Of a stretch of 26,176 nucleotides of DNA, positions 15,449 to 25,376 are shown piece by piece. Positions within the stretch are counted from its first letter, which is position 1. Each line of letters starts with the position of its first letter. The notes under the pieces were generated by a model. The model was not told the origin of the DNA. It searched no databases and saw nothing but the letters and a program-made list of their open reading frames with translations. The position numbers were made by a program, and so were the translations under genes. Source of the DNA: a virus (Duplodnaviria; Caudoviricetes); the IMG/VR virus record IMGVR_UViG_3300047545_000482, positions 1 to 26,176 of that record. One strand, written 5' to 3'.

Positions 15449-16332
15449 AATAGTTCCTTTCTTAAAATATCAAATGCCGCGTCATCGCCTTTTTCCGCCA
15501 TTTCGCCATAATCTTTATATGGGGCACTCGGCAGCACAATCCGCACATCACTAAAGAAGTTGCCTAATTTCTCAGCAATTTTATTGGCAGCGGCTTGACC
15601 CTTGCGCGGATCATCATCTCTATTCAAACTTACGATCACGCGCTTTACACCGCTTCCGATTAGGGTCGATATAATAGTGCTATTGATATTTAACCCAAAT
15701 AAGCATAGCGCATTGTGGACACCCGCCTGATGGACGAATAGCCAATCGCTCCACCCCTCTAACAAAACCGCTGTCTTAGTTCTCTGTATCTCGTTGCCTA
15801 CGATGTGGAACGGAAAACAGGCCTGAGAACTGCGAAATAAGTGCTTATATTTCGGCGCGTAAGTGGAGTCCGTCAATATTCTCCCGCTAAATCCGTTTAT
15901 CTGACCAGAGAGGCCGCGAATGGGTATGACATAGCGATTCGAGAGCTTGGACTTGACGTTATCGGGGGAGATTCCGCCCTGAAGGAGAGAGATTACGGAT
16001 TCCTTGACGCCGCGCTTAACCCAGTAGGAGTGGTCGGGTAAGAGGGATGAGAGCATGGATTCGGGGTAGACAGTTTCGACGTCGAGTTTGGGCTCGATAT
16101 AGACGATTTCCGAATTATCGCTTCCATCAATAAAGCCGCGCAAAATAGCGCGAATAGCGCGATTGTGAACGATATCTTTGCCCGCTTTAATGCACGAGAA
16201 TGCCCCCGTATTGTATACTCTTAAATGAGAGCGGGTTGAGTCTCCGCCCTCCTTACGGCATACTGGGCACGCGCATGTAAATCCGTCAGGGGTCAGACGA
16301 ACATTTTCTAGCCTTGAGGTATCAATATTCAT
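15445..16332 (-). CDS. DnaG-like DNA primase
   Basis: N-terminal CPVC...H...C Zn finger; GFSGR; PKY; TOPRIM LEGWSD and NRDD; KDYGE. Confidence 0.88.
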   Translation of the reverse strand: MNIDTSRLENVRLTPDGFTCACPVCRKEGGDSTRSHLRVYNTGAFSCIKAGKDIVHNRAIRAILRGFIDGSDNSEIVYIEPKLDVETVYPESMLSSLLPDHSYWVKRGVKESVISLLQGGISPDNVKSKLSNRYVIPIRGLSGQINGFSGRILTDSTYAPKYKHLFRSSQACFPFHIVGNEIQRTKTAVLLEGWSDWLFVHQAGVHNALCLFGLNINSTIISTLIGSGVKRVIVSLNRDDDPRKGQAAANKIAEKLGNFFSDVRIVLPSAPYKDYGEMAEKGDDAAFDILRKELL

Positions 16333-17081
16333 GTCAACTCCAACCTTTTCTTACATACCTCAACATACTCAGGCTCTTTCTCTATAAGAATAAAATTGCG
16401 CCCAGTATTACGAGCAGCTACGCCGGTCGTGCCACTGCCCGCGCAGTTGTCGAGAACGAGTTCGCCGGGTTTGGAGTAGGTTTTAATTAGGTATTCGAAT
16501 AGGGCGACGGGCTTTTGGGTGGGGTGTAGACCTCGTTCGGCGTCTCTATTTGAATACTGGATGATTGAAACAGGATATTTTTCGTCGTATATTTTGGCTT
16601 TTACAGCAGTAATCGCGGATTCGCTACTCGCATTCGGTATTGCCGAGTTCGGCTGTTTTGTTACTTTACCAGCTTTTATCGACTTCTCTCTCTTAGTCAT
16701 TTGAGGGTAGTAGTTAGGCTGTCCGCCATTCGAGCAAAAAACTAAAATATCTTCATGCGTTTTTATTGGCTGTCTTTTCGCCTGTACAAAATTACCACCA
16801 AATACCTTATCCCAAGACCATGAAAAAGCGAACTCCTTCGGATTACTCATTACCAAAGCCGACGTAAACGGCTGGCTTGCCGTCAGGACAATCGCAGCCT
16901 TGGGTTTACAGATACGTCGATATTGCTCCCATAAAGGCTCAAATGGAATAATAGAGTCCCATTTGCAGGCGGTCGTTCCATACGGCAAATCACAAAGGAT
17001 TAAATCTACCGAGTTATCGGGAATTTGCTTCATTAGTTCAAGGCAATCGCCTTGGTGAATGGTATTAATGGGGAGACTCAT
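16329..17081 (-). CDS. beta-class N6-adenine/N4-cytosine DNA methyltransferase
   Basis: DLPYG, HPTQKPV, VLDNCAGSGTT. Confidence 0.92.
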   Translation of the reverse strand: MSLPINTIHQGDCLELMKQIPDNSVDLILCDLPYGTTACKWDSIIPFEPLWEQYRRICKPKAAIVLTASQPFTSALVMSNPKEFAFSWSWDKVFGGNFVQAKRQPIKTHEDILVFCSNGGQPNYYPQMTKREKSIKAGKVTKQPNSAIPNASSESAITAVKAKIYDEKYPVSIIQYSNRDAERGLHPTQKPVALFEYLIKTYSKPGELVLDNCAGSGTTGVAARNTGRNFILIEKEPEYVEVCKKRLELT

Positions 17082-18571
17082 GGCATCTGCCTCTTAGTGG
17101 AATCCGTGCTCAAATCGACGGCGGTATGCCCCAGCATCCTCAGCATGTCAGCGTGCCGCCCCTTATCCTCAAAGTAGAACCCGTGGTAATCTAGGTTAAA
17201 GTGGTCGTCGACGTAGCCATTGCCAACCTTGATTGGGCGAATGAAGCTCTCGAAATCGCGGCCAAGACCTTCTCGCGTCTTCAGGTTCTTGAGGACCATG
17301 TTGCCAAACGAGTTTTTTTCTCTGCTAAGTTCATCCATCACTTTGAAACGCATCAGAAAATTGGTGGTGCAGTTGTCTTTGATGCGGTCAGAGAGCGAGA
17401 TAACCGAATCATTATCCTGTAACTCCTCAATCTTCTTGCCCTTAGAGATACCCATGCGGTTAGACTGTGTGAACGTCATAAACCCACCGTTAATCTCATC
17501 TGTTACAAGATTTTTCACGTCAGAAGTGTAGTACCCAATACTCATATACTCCTTCGTCTCTTTGTTGAGACTCTCCATTCCCTTAAGATAGTCATCTACA
17601 ACGACTAAGAAATGTTCTTTGCCCACTTTATTGAAGTAATGACGACGCATGTAGTTCGTCTTTTCCTTGGCGGACATCCCACTCACGTTCTTAAACTCAC
17701 ATCGCCCGATTAGGCGTTGAACTCGCGGCCAAACATCTCCTCTAATGACATCTACCCAGTCTTTATTCTTGCGCCATTGACCTGAACGAAGAGCCCATAA
17801 GGGAACACGCCCCTTGGAGAAACAGGCGGCGGCTCGGAACTGAAGCTGCTGAAGAGTCATTTCCCCAGCATCTAGCCACAATAGCCTCATATCTGGGTGC
17901 TTTTCAACCGTCGAAACGGAGTAGAAGAAGCCAAACGAACTTTTGCCCACGCCTGATCTGGCCGAAATGTTACAAAAGCTGCCGCCCCTATGGATAAGTG
18001 GTCCAATTGTAAGGTCTACCGAAGGCAAGACCCCCACGTAACCAAGGTCTTCATCGTTATTACCTCTCTCCTCAATCATCTCTACCATTCCCGCGAACAT
18101 GTCCTCTGTCTGTCCCGACTTAAAAAACTCGGTATTGACCTTAGTCAGTGTCCCGGTGACCGCCCCCACCATCTCGTCAAGCCCACTCGCCTTCTTAATC
18201 TTCTGCTCCGCCTCCCGACACGCCGCAATAAGTTCACGCCTTACGGTCGCCGTTTTCAACTCCTTAAGTAAATTAATGGCCTCAGATGGCTTAATCAGTC
18301 TCCCCAATGTCTCTAAACCCTTTAAATAGGTCAGCGCGTCAACGCCACCAATATCCGTGCTATGGCCGTAGCTCTTGAGCCTTTCGACTAGGATAACGGG
18401 AGAAACTGAGCTGGGAGGGGTAGAATTAAGCTGCTGGGCTATAACTTGAAATAGGGGGCGTCTAATTTCTGCGAAATCTTTATCCGCCAACAAATTAAGA
18501 TCCGCCCAAACCGAGGGATCGTTAATAAGCAGTCCAATTAGATGCTGTTCTGGTTCTAGGAGATAAGACAT
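17078..18571 (-). CDS. DnaB-like (SF4) replicative helicase
   Basis: Walker A ARSGVGKS, GEM, Walker B VVVDDYL, Q.NR, SDRI, K.R; start ATG 18571 overlaps the upstream TAA. Confidence 0.9.
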   Translation of the reverse strand: MSYLLEPEQHLIGLLINDPSVWADLNLLADKDFAEIRRPLFQVIAQQLNSTPPSSVSPVILVERLKSYGHSTDIGGVDALTYLKGLETLGRLIKPSEAINLLKELKTATVRRELIAACREAEQKIKKASGLDEMVGAVTGTLTKVNTEFFKSGQTEDMFAGMVEMIEERGNNDEDLGYVGVLPSVDLTIGPLIHRGGSFCNISARSGVGKSSFGFFYSVSTVEKHPDMRLLWLDAGEMTLQQLQFRAAACFSKGRVPLWALRSGQWRKNKDWVDVIRGDVWPRVQRLIGRCEFKNVSGMSAKEKTNYMRRHYFNKVGKEHFLVVVDDYLKGMESLNKETKEYMSIGYYTSDVKNLVTDEINGGFMTFTQSNRMGISKGKKIEELQDNDSVISLSDRIKDNCTTNFLMRFKVMDELSREKNSFGNMVLKNLKTREGLGRDFESFIRPIKVGNGYVDDHFNLDYHGFYFEDKGRHADMLRMLGHTAVDLSTDSTKRQMP

Positions 18572-19074
18572 TAGATAGATGTAAAGGCGATTGGCCCTTG
18601 ATAGTTCTTTTGCAAATAAACTGCCGCGACTTGAAAGCCTGCTTGAGGCCAGCCCGTGCTTTTCGCTGGCGTCTCTACACACGCAATTTCACGAATGCCA
18701 AAATGCGCTTGCTTAATATCGCGTAACCTAGCCTTCATAAAAATGGCGTTAATAAAACACAAGAAAATTACGTTATCAGAAACCTCCATGGCGCGGGCAA
18801 GGAACGGGCGAATGAGGGAGAAAGGCGGATTAGTTATGACGTAATCGAATCTCTTGCCACCAAAATCGTAGGTCAAGAAGTCTCGACCTTCGTCAATCTC
18901 GCACCAGTCTACTTGACAACCGGCTTTTTCTAATGGATGAGTGAACGCTCCTTGGCCGCGACAGGGTTCGAGAACGTGACCTTTGGGCGCAAAATGGTTT
19001 ACGATATTTTGGGCGAGGTAATCGGGCGTCATAACTCGATTGTTGCCGCCTTGGGGCGTGAGAGGACGAGACAT
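18571..19074 (-). CDS. small gamma-class adenine DNA methyltransferase
   Basis: VLEPCRGQGAF precedes ITNPPFS; 167 aa. Confidence 0.85.
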   Translation of the reverse strand: MSRPLTPQGGNNRVMTPDYLAQNIVNHFAPKGHVLEPCRGQGAFTHPLEKAGCQVDWCEIDEGRDFLTYDFGGKRFDYVITNPPFSLIRPFLARAMEVSDNVIFLCFINAIFMKARLRDIKQAHFGIREIACVETPAKSTGWPQAGFQVAAVYLQKNYQGPIAFTSI

Positions 19075-19080
19075 AGAGTT

Positions 19081-19103
19081 AATAAGCAGGCGAATTAGCC
19101 TGC
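19081..19103 (-). terminator. intergenic hairpin, possible terminator
   Basis: GCAGGC-6 nt-GCCTGC followed by TTATT on the minus strand. Confidence 0.4.
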
Positions 19104-19131
19104 GTAAAAAAGGTTACCATCAACCCAGTAT

Positions 19132-20670
19132 TTATAGACTGAGGGGGAGAGTCAAGAGGGAACTGGAATTGCCTACAATTTCCGGTCGTTCTGTAAGAAA
19201 GTCCATAGGCGAAGACTGGTTTATGGGCGCTTCTCCAGCAATTAATTTTCGCAACAGAGTGGTCACAAGATCTGGAGCCTTATTTATCTCAGACTCCCAA
19301 ATGAAGTATATTTCGTAACCCGTTTTTCGGGCTAATTTGTTTTTAGCTACGTCTCTCTTTTGTCCCTTGATCTGCTCGGCCCTCGGCTCGGGGAAAACCC
19401 GGGGATGTCCATGCCAGTAATCTCCGTTGCACTCAACAAGTAGGTTGAAGTCTGGCAAGTAGAAGTCATATACACGCTTTTCGACTTTGAGGTGCTGTTC
19501 AAATCGAATCCCTAGTTTATCCAATATGCGTTTAAAGCGACGCTCTAGCGAGCTTTCTTCGTATCTAGAATCTCTGGATTCCCAACCCCATTTTTTCATG
19601 ATACTCCGAATGGGGTTAGTACTAATCTTTAGGATGGTGGCAATCTCCTCCACGGATAGGAATTGGACGTTGTACAGGTCGTGGATTCTCTCCTTGTTGA
19701 CTTCTAGGATGGCCTTATTCTGGTCTCTAATTTTATAGGAAGGAGCTAATCCAGCCTCTCTCAAAATCTGAAGAATAATCCTTTTGTGAACGCCTATATC
19801 TTTGGATATCTTAATAGAACTGTCACCGGCATTGTACCTTATAACGATATGCTCCTTGTTCTGTTCTACTAATGACGAGAAATTCTCGCGAGGACTTTTA
19901 ATACCTTGACGCTTGAGAGCAGCATTGATTGTTGGTGGGCTTACTCCGTAATAATCCGCCGTATCGGTAATGCTTTTGAGTTCGAGATACTTCTGAGCCA
20001 CCTCTGCTTCGGTCGCGCCAGTTTCGTCAACCAACTTTGAAGTCCGTTTAACAATCGGTATGCCCCAAACCACTAAACGATCTTTGATTGATTGAGGGGT
20101 GATATCGTACTTTGTACCTATATATTGAAAGGAATGCCCCTTTTCGTACAAGCTAATAATGTCAGCTTTAGCGTCGTCTACGTGCGTTAGGGTGTTACCT
20201 CGTACCTTAACGTTATTGCGAGCAAGCAACCCAAAAACGGCACCTCTGCCCATCTTAAAATGCCTAGCGGTTTTCTCAACATACCCGCATCTGAGGTAAT
20301 GCGCTATCACCTCCTGCTCGTCTATTCCCATTTTGACAGATTGAAATGCATTACCCCTCCTTCGTTTGACGTTTTGAGAACGCATAACTCTCTCAATAGT
20401 TGCTCTGCTTATTGAGAACTGCTCGCCTATAGCCTTAAAACTCAAGTTCTCATTGTACAGCGTAACCATTCGTTGTATATCTTCGGAAGAAAACTCTATA
20501 GGCAAAAACTCTTTCCTCCCGCGCAGTATAATCCCCTTGCGTTTGACTATGCGTGTTACCTGATTCGGAGAAACACTACACTTGACAGCAATCTCTCTAA
20601 CTAGTAGAGAACTGTTAGTATACAACTCAACCACCTCACTAATCTTCTCCGAAGTCACCGTCGCCATCAA
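19132..20670 (-). CDS. multi-HTH protein with C-terminal Vsr/DUF559-like endonuclease (homing-endonuclease-like)
   Basis: Tandem I..LY..G.S...IA......I...L...G repeats; SSLE...YDFY...VECNGDYWHG...RD..K...GY....WE. Confidence 0.8.
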   Translation of the reverse strand: MMATVTSEKISEVVELYTNSSLLVREIAVKCSVSPNQVTRIVKRKGIILRGRKEFLPIEFSSEDIQRMVTLYNENLSFKAIGEQFSISRATIERVMRSQNVKRRRGNAFQSVKMGIDEQEVIAHYLRCGYVEKTARHFKMGRGAVFGLLARNNVKVRGNTLTHVDDAKADIISLYEKGHSFQYIGTKYDITPQSIKDRLVVWGIPIVKRTSKLVDETGATEAEVAQKYLELKSITDTADYYGVSPPTINAALKRQGIKSPRENFSSLVEQNKEHIVIRYNAGDSSIKISKDIGVHKRIILQILREAGLAPSYKIRDQNKAILEVNKERIHDLYNVQFLSVEEIATILKISTNPIRSIMKKWGWESRDSRYEESSLERRFKRILDKLGIRFEQHLKVEKRVYDFYLPDFNLLVECNGDYWHGHPRVFPEPRAEQIKGQKRDVAKNKLARKTGYEIYFIWESEINKAPDLVTTLLRKLIAGEAPINQSSPMDFLTERPEIVGNSSSLLTLPLSL

Positions 20671-21905
20671 TCAATCGGTTTAGAATAGAAAATGGCCTCA
20701 AGACCGTGTTCTTTGTTATAAAGTAGCCCCTGCGACGTGCGAATAGTCCCTACATAACCCTGAGAAAAGTGCCATTGGTCGGGGCCGCATAAGGCGTTAC
20801 AAGTGCGGACCTTTACTCCATGTAACTCCTCTGTTGCCTCTATGTGTCGATGCCCCGTCAGCCATTCGTAGTACTTGTATTGTGAGACGGACGCTTGATT
20901 CTCCCTCATCATTATTAAGGGCAGATCTTTAAGCTTCTCGCGATGGCCGTGTACTAGCCCCAAAAGCACCTTACCAAACGCGTGATACTTTCGGCTCTTA
21001 GGCTCGTTATCCACCGACACATTCTTGTGATTACGAAACCATGCGGACAGATACGCCCCCAGAAAATAGCTGAGTTGTTCGTCGTGATTTCCGGGAATAA
21101 CGATGATCTTGACCTCAAAACGCGCCCCAAGCGTCTCTGCCGTTTCCGTGAGCAACGTGCAACCCTCCGTAAAGGTCTTAGCCAGACGACCATCCGAATC
21201 AACATAGGTTCCGGCTGTGGTTGTGGACTTATTCGAGTCGGCCTGAAAATAATCCGAACCTACTATCATCAAAATCTGCGCGACCCTGTCCTGTGGAACC
21301 TTTTCCATGAGGTCTTTAACCGCGTCTTTGTAAACCCGCTTGGCAATATTGATATCGTAATCAGCGCCAGATTCCTTTTCCCATGCCAACTTGGAGAGGT
21401 GTAAATCTTGGATATTCAACACGTAACAACAGTCGGCTTGACCGGGTTTCACTTTCGCATAAGAGAATGACTTCGGCGCGTTCTTCTCGGCCTGTTGGGC
21501 GAAGTCGGAGAGCAGTAGGTTGATATCTATAGTCTTATCCCTCTCAAACGACGTCCGCCACACGAATGCCCCGCTCTTATTCTGGCTCACGGCGAAGGAC
21601 TTAACGCGCCAAGTTTTTTCATCCACTTTACAGAGCTTAACTACATCGTCAAGTTCTTGAACATCAAGAGTCTTAACCTCTGTCTCCATCGTATTATCCA
21701 TGGTTTTCTTGGTCACCGAAGGCACAAACGGTGCGGCGGGCGGCGGCGTATAATTACCCGCGATATAAGTAGCATACGCACTGCGCGCCGCTCGCTCACT
21801 AAGTTTAAGGCGTTTTCCCAATGCTTTGACGCCATCGGCGCGAGGCAGTTTGGATGTCAGGTTCTTTAGTTCGCTAATCAGTTCTGGCGTATAGTTGGTA
21901 GGCAT
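20667..21905 (-). CDS. calcineurin-like metallophosphoesterase
   Basis: DLH, GSD, GNHD, HGH, GHRH motifs. Confidence 0.9.
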   Translation of the reverse strand: MPTNYTPELISELKNLTSKLPRADGVKALGKRLKLSERAARSAYATYIAGNYTPPPAAPFVPSVTKKTMDNTMETEVKTLDVQELDDVVKLCKVDEKTWRVKSFAVSQNKSGAFVWRTSFERDKTIDINLLLSDFAQQAEKNAPKSFSYAKVKPGQADCCYVLNIQDLHLSKLAWEKESGADYDINIAKRVYKDAVKDLMEKVPQDRVAQILMIVGSDYFQADSNKSTTTAGTYVDSDGRLAKTFTEGCTLLTETAETLGARFEVKIIVIPGNHDEQLSYFLGAYLSAWFRNHKNVSVDNEPKSRKYHAFGKVLLGLVHGHREKLKDLPLIMMRENQASVSQYKYYEWLTGHRHIEATEELHGVKVRTCNALCGPDQWHFSQGYVGTIRTSQGLLYNKEHGLEAIFYSKPID

Positions 21906-22019
21906 ATTGTCTAGGTTAAATAAATAAATTTGCGGCTCCTATTCGGCTGCCGGGTTATGTAGCATACACGGGAATGGCGGCTGCACGGCTGCCGTGGAGG
22001 TGGGTATTAGAAAAGGTAA

Positions 22020-22436
22020 TCACAAAATCACTTCCCATGTTTCTTTAAACCATTGGGGAGAAAGCTTACTTAAATCTTCTGGCCGAATACGAACCATTTT
22101 AAATCCTGATGCCTCTGCAAGTTTGTCCTTAAGAATGTCTCGCTTAATCTGCGCTTTATAGTCTTCGCGACTCTTGTGGAAAAATCCCTCGATAAAGTTC
22201 TGGTGCTGATTGCCGTCAAATTCGCAAATCACTTTCTTAGAGACATTTACATAGTCGTAGGACATGCGTGTACCCACGCAAGGGACTTGGCAACAGACTA
22301 CATCGTGCCTCCAATAAGGATAGAGGAAGTCGGCCAACTGGGAAGATTGCTCAGAATCTTGATCATCATCCCAGTCGATGAGGTATTTATGCATCGGCAC
22401 ATCCTTGAACTTGCCCGAGGGAGTCTTCCACTTCAT
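22020..22436 (-). CDS. Vsr/DUF559-like endonuclease
   Basis: YDY...EFDGNQH...RD..K...GFKMVRI. Confidence 0.75.
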   Translation of the reverse strand: MKWKTPSGKFKDVPMHKYLIDWDDDQDSEQSSQLADFLYPYWRHDVVCCQVPCVGTRMSYDYVNVSKKVICEFDGNQHQNFIEGFFHKSREDYKAQIKRDILKDKLAEASGFKMVRIRPEDLSKLSPQWFKETWEVIL

Positions 22437-23371
22437 AGAGAATCCTCTTTCATCACACGTTTTGATACGTTGGGTTGATCTTCTAAGAGATAGGCAACGA
22501 ATTTATCTTGGTAATTCTGCGCGAATTTGAGGAGCCCATCTATATACGCCCTAGCGATGAATGAAGAGCGAATAGGTTCGTCGACAAGTATGTAACGCAA
22601 GCCTTTCGTCGCGCAGAAAACTTCCGCCGCCTCTTTCTTTGCAACGATTAATGGGCTAGCATGTAGTTTTGTGGGCTTAAGTTCGATTAGCTGATTGTTG
22701 ACCACGAAATCGGGGCGGTAGGTGCGTTCCCTGCCGTCAAGCATATAAGGAATGGTGTACTCCTTTCTCTCTGCCGTTTTCCATTCCTTACCCTCTCTAT
22801 CCATACGAATCATGAAAGTAGCTTCCCGTAAACTCCTGAAGTAGTGTCCTTTATACCATCCTTTCCAGCCGTTACCTGAGCCTTGAGGGGTGGGTTTACC
22901 ATACATGGGGTTTCCAGAACCAGAGGATCTCTCACTGAAGTTCGCAATAACCCCCTTCATCTTCTGCTCCGCTTCTTGCGGAGACATCTTTCTCTGCCAA
23001 ACTTCCCTAAAGTACCGCCTCTTCCAAACCAAGCGCGTCCACCCTTTTTGAGCAAACAGCTTAAATAGGCTATTTTTGCCTACCCCATACTTGATCGCCA
23101 TCTCCTTAATATCTAGATCGGAATATACATAATCGTGCTCCAATTCATCTATTCTCGAAAGATATTCTCTTCCCGTTCTACATTGAACCCCCTCTTTTTT
23201 TAGTTCTTTTTTTACGGTATTGGCGCTTATCCCCATCTTTAGTGCAACTCTATCAAGGCTTTTTGAGGTCTCGTACTCTTGTTGCATATACGCTCGTTCG
23301 GCCTCGGAAAGCACAATCCGCTTGGTTTTGTTGCCCTTAGGCCTAGGAAGAGTAGGTGGACAAACAACCAT
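22433..23371 (-). CDS. HTH + NUMOD3-like + TnsA-like PD-(D/E)XK endonuclease (homing-endonuclease-like)
   Basis: N-terminal HTH, SGSGNPMYGK, FRSLRE, YRPDF...IELKP. Confidence 0.75.
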   Translation of the reverse strand: MVVCPPTLPRPKGNKTKRIVLSEAERAYMQQEYETSKSLDRVALKMGISANTVKKELKKEGVQCRTGREYLSRIDELEHDYVYSDLDIKEMAIKYGVGKNSLFKLFAQKGWTRLVWKRRYFREVWQRKMSPQEAEQKMKGVIANFSERSSGSGNPMYGKPTPQGSGNGWKGWYKGHYFRSLREATFMIRMDREGKEWKTAERKEYTIPYMLDGRERTYRPDFVVNNQLIELKPTKLHASPLIVAKKEAAEVFCATKGLRYILVDEPIRSSFIARAYIDGLLKFAQNYQDKFVAYLLEDQPNVSKRVMKEDSL

Positions 23372-24519
23372 TACGATCCTCCAATCATCTTTTGGAACTT
23401 GGTAAAGAGGTGCTTAGAAACGCCGGGATTGTCCTCAAGATACTTGCGCCAATTGTCAAGACCCTGAATTTGGACGGGGACTTCTCCGTGCCCGGCGTCA
23501 GCAAGTTCCTTACGAATCGACTCGTCTATCGCCAACCAACTCCCCTTCTTCTTCAAGAGGTCAAACATGAGAAGAGCGTCAACGATCTCGTACTCAGTCC
23601 AAACGGACTTGCCTTCTGATCGACCGTATTTGACGGGATATTCAACTGTAATGCCGCTCTTCTCGTTCGGGCTTTTCTTGATAAGAATCTTAACTTTATG
23701 GCCAACGATGGGGTTGGTAAGACGATCTGGCTTCTCCGAGGGCTTTTCGAGAATAAGATCGCTTTGAGACTTGGGGCGAAAGATAAAGATGTGGTTACCC
23801 CAATGGTCCTTAGCATTACCGCCGCCACCGGGGCCTGAGCGAGGAGCAGTAGGACTATATGGGTCAAGTTGAATATTGGCGGAAACCTGTCCGGCTAATG
23901 CACAAATATGTCCGCGCTTAGCCATAGCATTAGCCATCTTTTGTAGAAATTGCTTGGTCAGCAAGGGACCTCCAGCAACCTTATTTGCTGTACCCACGTC
24001 CTTTACGATATCATCGCGAAGGGACATCCCGTCCATCGAATCAATAAAGAAGAAGTATTTACGCTTAGCCTCGTTTTCAACAATCAGACGACGAAGAATA
24101 TTGAGAGTAAACTCCCACACATTGGTTTCGAGAACAAAACAGGTGCCGTCAACCCACTCCTCGGCCTTGAATACGAATTTAATACCTGTGCGTTCCTGCA
24201 TCTCGGGAGAGAGGCGACCCTCCGCTTTCACATATAGAGCGCGAGCATCGGGCATCGTGTCTAACATATTCTTGATACAGGAAAGTGTGAACGAGGTTTT
24301 GCCAGATTCAAACGGCCCAGATACGACAAAAACACCGGGATTAACGCCCCCCTTAGTTTCGATATCCATAGAGAGGCTTCCAGTAGATACCTTATAATAG
24401 ACTTCTTCTTCGAAGTTGAGGTGGTCCTCTTTATTACGGGTCAGTTCGCTTCCGAGAATAGACTCGGGAGTAATCTTAGGCTCTTCATTTTCTTTAGCAG
24501 GTTTTTTGATAGGTGGCAT
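23371..24519 (-). CDS. RecA/UvsX-like recombinase
   Basis: STGSLSMD, GPFESGKTS, AE, FIDS, GQV, GGNA, KGSW. Confidence 0.92.
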   Translation of the reverse strand: MPPIKKPAKENEEPKITPESILGSELTRNKEDHLNFEEEVYYKVSTGSLSMDIETKGGVNPGVFVVSGPFESGKTSFTLSCIKNMLDTMPDARALYVKAEGRLSPEMQERTGIKFVFKAEEWVDGTCFVLETNVWEFTLNILRRLIVENEAKRKYFFFIDSMDGMSLRDDIVKDVGTANKVAGGPLLTKQFLQKMANAMAKRGHICALAGQVSANIQLDPYSPTAPRSGPGGGGNAKDHWGNHIFIFRPKSQSDLILEKPSEKPDRLTNPIVGHKVKILIKKSPNEKSGITVEYPVKYGRSEGKSVWTEYEIVDALLMFDLLKKKGSWLAIDESIRKELADAGHGEVPVQIQGLDNWRKYLEDNPGVSKHLFTKFQKMIGGS

Positions 24520-24543
24520 ATTGTAAAATAGTTTATTGATGAA

Positions 24544-24984
24544 TTACTCTTCGCTCTCCTCGTTCGGATAAAGCCCTTCAATTTCTTCCCAAGGATCGAG
24601 ACCAAAGTGCGCACATAACTGTGCCGACGTTGTGCTGCCGTAACAAAAGGTATCTTGAACGGCTACCCAGCGCGGGGCTTTGCCGTAGCTGTGTGGCCGC
24701 GCATTCCTAATCGCTCGCTCAATTAGTGCCTCCATAGAGTAGTTGCCGGAGAAGTCGAAAGGAATAGCCCTATTTGTTACCGTGAATCCGTGTAGTCCAG
24801 CCGCGTATTCGGGCGTATCCGTATACATTTCTCCCTCTCCTGTCATATCTAGGCCGAGACGAGGGCAAATAGAGTAAGGACCACCCTTATACTTAAAGCC
24901 TCGCTCGGTGTGAGCGGTTACAACGGCTTCTTGCCCATTATCAAATACAATGCGAGAGTGAATAGCGGGGCGGGTCATTTCCAT
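24544..24984 (-). CDS. hypothetical protein
   Basis: 146-aa ORF. Confidence 0.7.
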   Translation of the reverse strand: MEMTRPAIHSRIVFDNGQEAVVTAHTERGFKYKGGPYSICPRLGLDMTGEGEMYTDTPEYAAGLHGFTVTNRAIPFDFSGNYSMEALIERAIRNARPHSYGKAPRWVAVQDTFCYGSTTSAQLCAHFGLDPWEEIEGLYPNEESEE

Positions 24985-25376
24985 GAATACCTCCGGGCCT
25001 CAATTTCGCGCTTAATAAGGTTGTCTCGATTTAGCATATATAAGGGCACGCCACCAGTAACCATTCCGAAGGGCTTCCCCTCTTGCGCGGACTTAGCGTA
25101 AGCATCGGCATCTCGCTGACGCGCTTTCTCGCGCAGATCATCGATATAGGCCGCAACCTCCGCTTCGTCCACCTCGTTAACAATTACGTAAGCCGATAGA
25201 TCCTCAATGGGCTCCTTAGTTCCATCCTCGAAGCACGCGTAGATACATCCATCAATTCGCGGCATAGGGGTCCAACGACCGCACTTAAGACTCTCGACCA
25301 GATTGTCTAGTGTGGGGTAGACTTCTTGCGTGTCACCATAATCATAGGTAAATAGATATGCGAATGGTTGCTTCAT
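24975..25376 (-). CDS. hypothetical protein
   Basis: Start ATG 25376 (MKQPF), ATGA overlap. Confidence 0.7.
   Translation of the reverse strand: MKQPFAYLFTYDYGDTQEVYPTLDNLVESLKCGRWTPMPRIDGCIYACFEDGTKEPIEDLSAYVIVNEVDEAEVAAYIDDLREKARQRDADAYAKSAQEGKPFGMVTGGVPLYMLNRDNLIKREIEARRYSWK

Noticed and set aside
18572-18682. N-terminal extensions given by the ORF track (helicase; also 12585, 11773, 14016, 2685, 5898)
   Set aside because: They overlap upstream genes or promoters; internal ATGs fit stop/start coupling or promoter geometry better
22433-23371. Tn7-like transposon
   Set aside because: Only a TnsA-like nuclease domain; no TnsB/C/D and no terminal repeats seen
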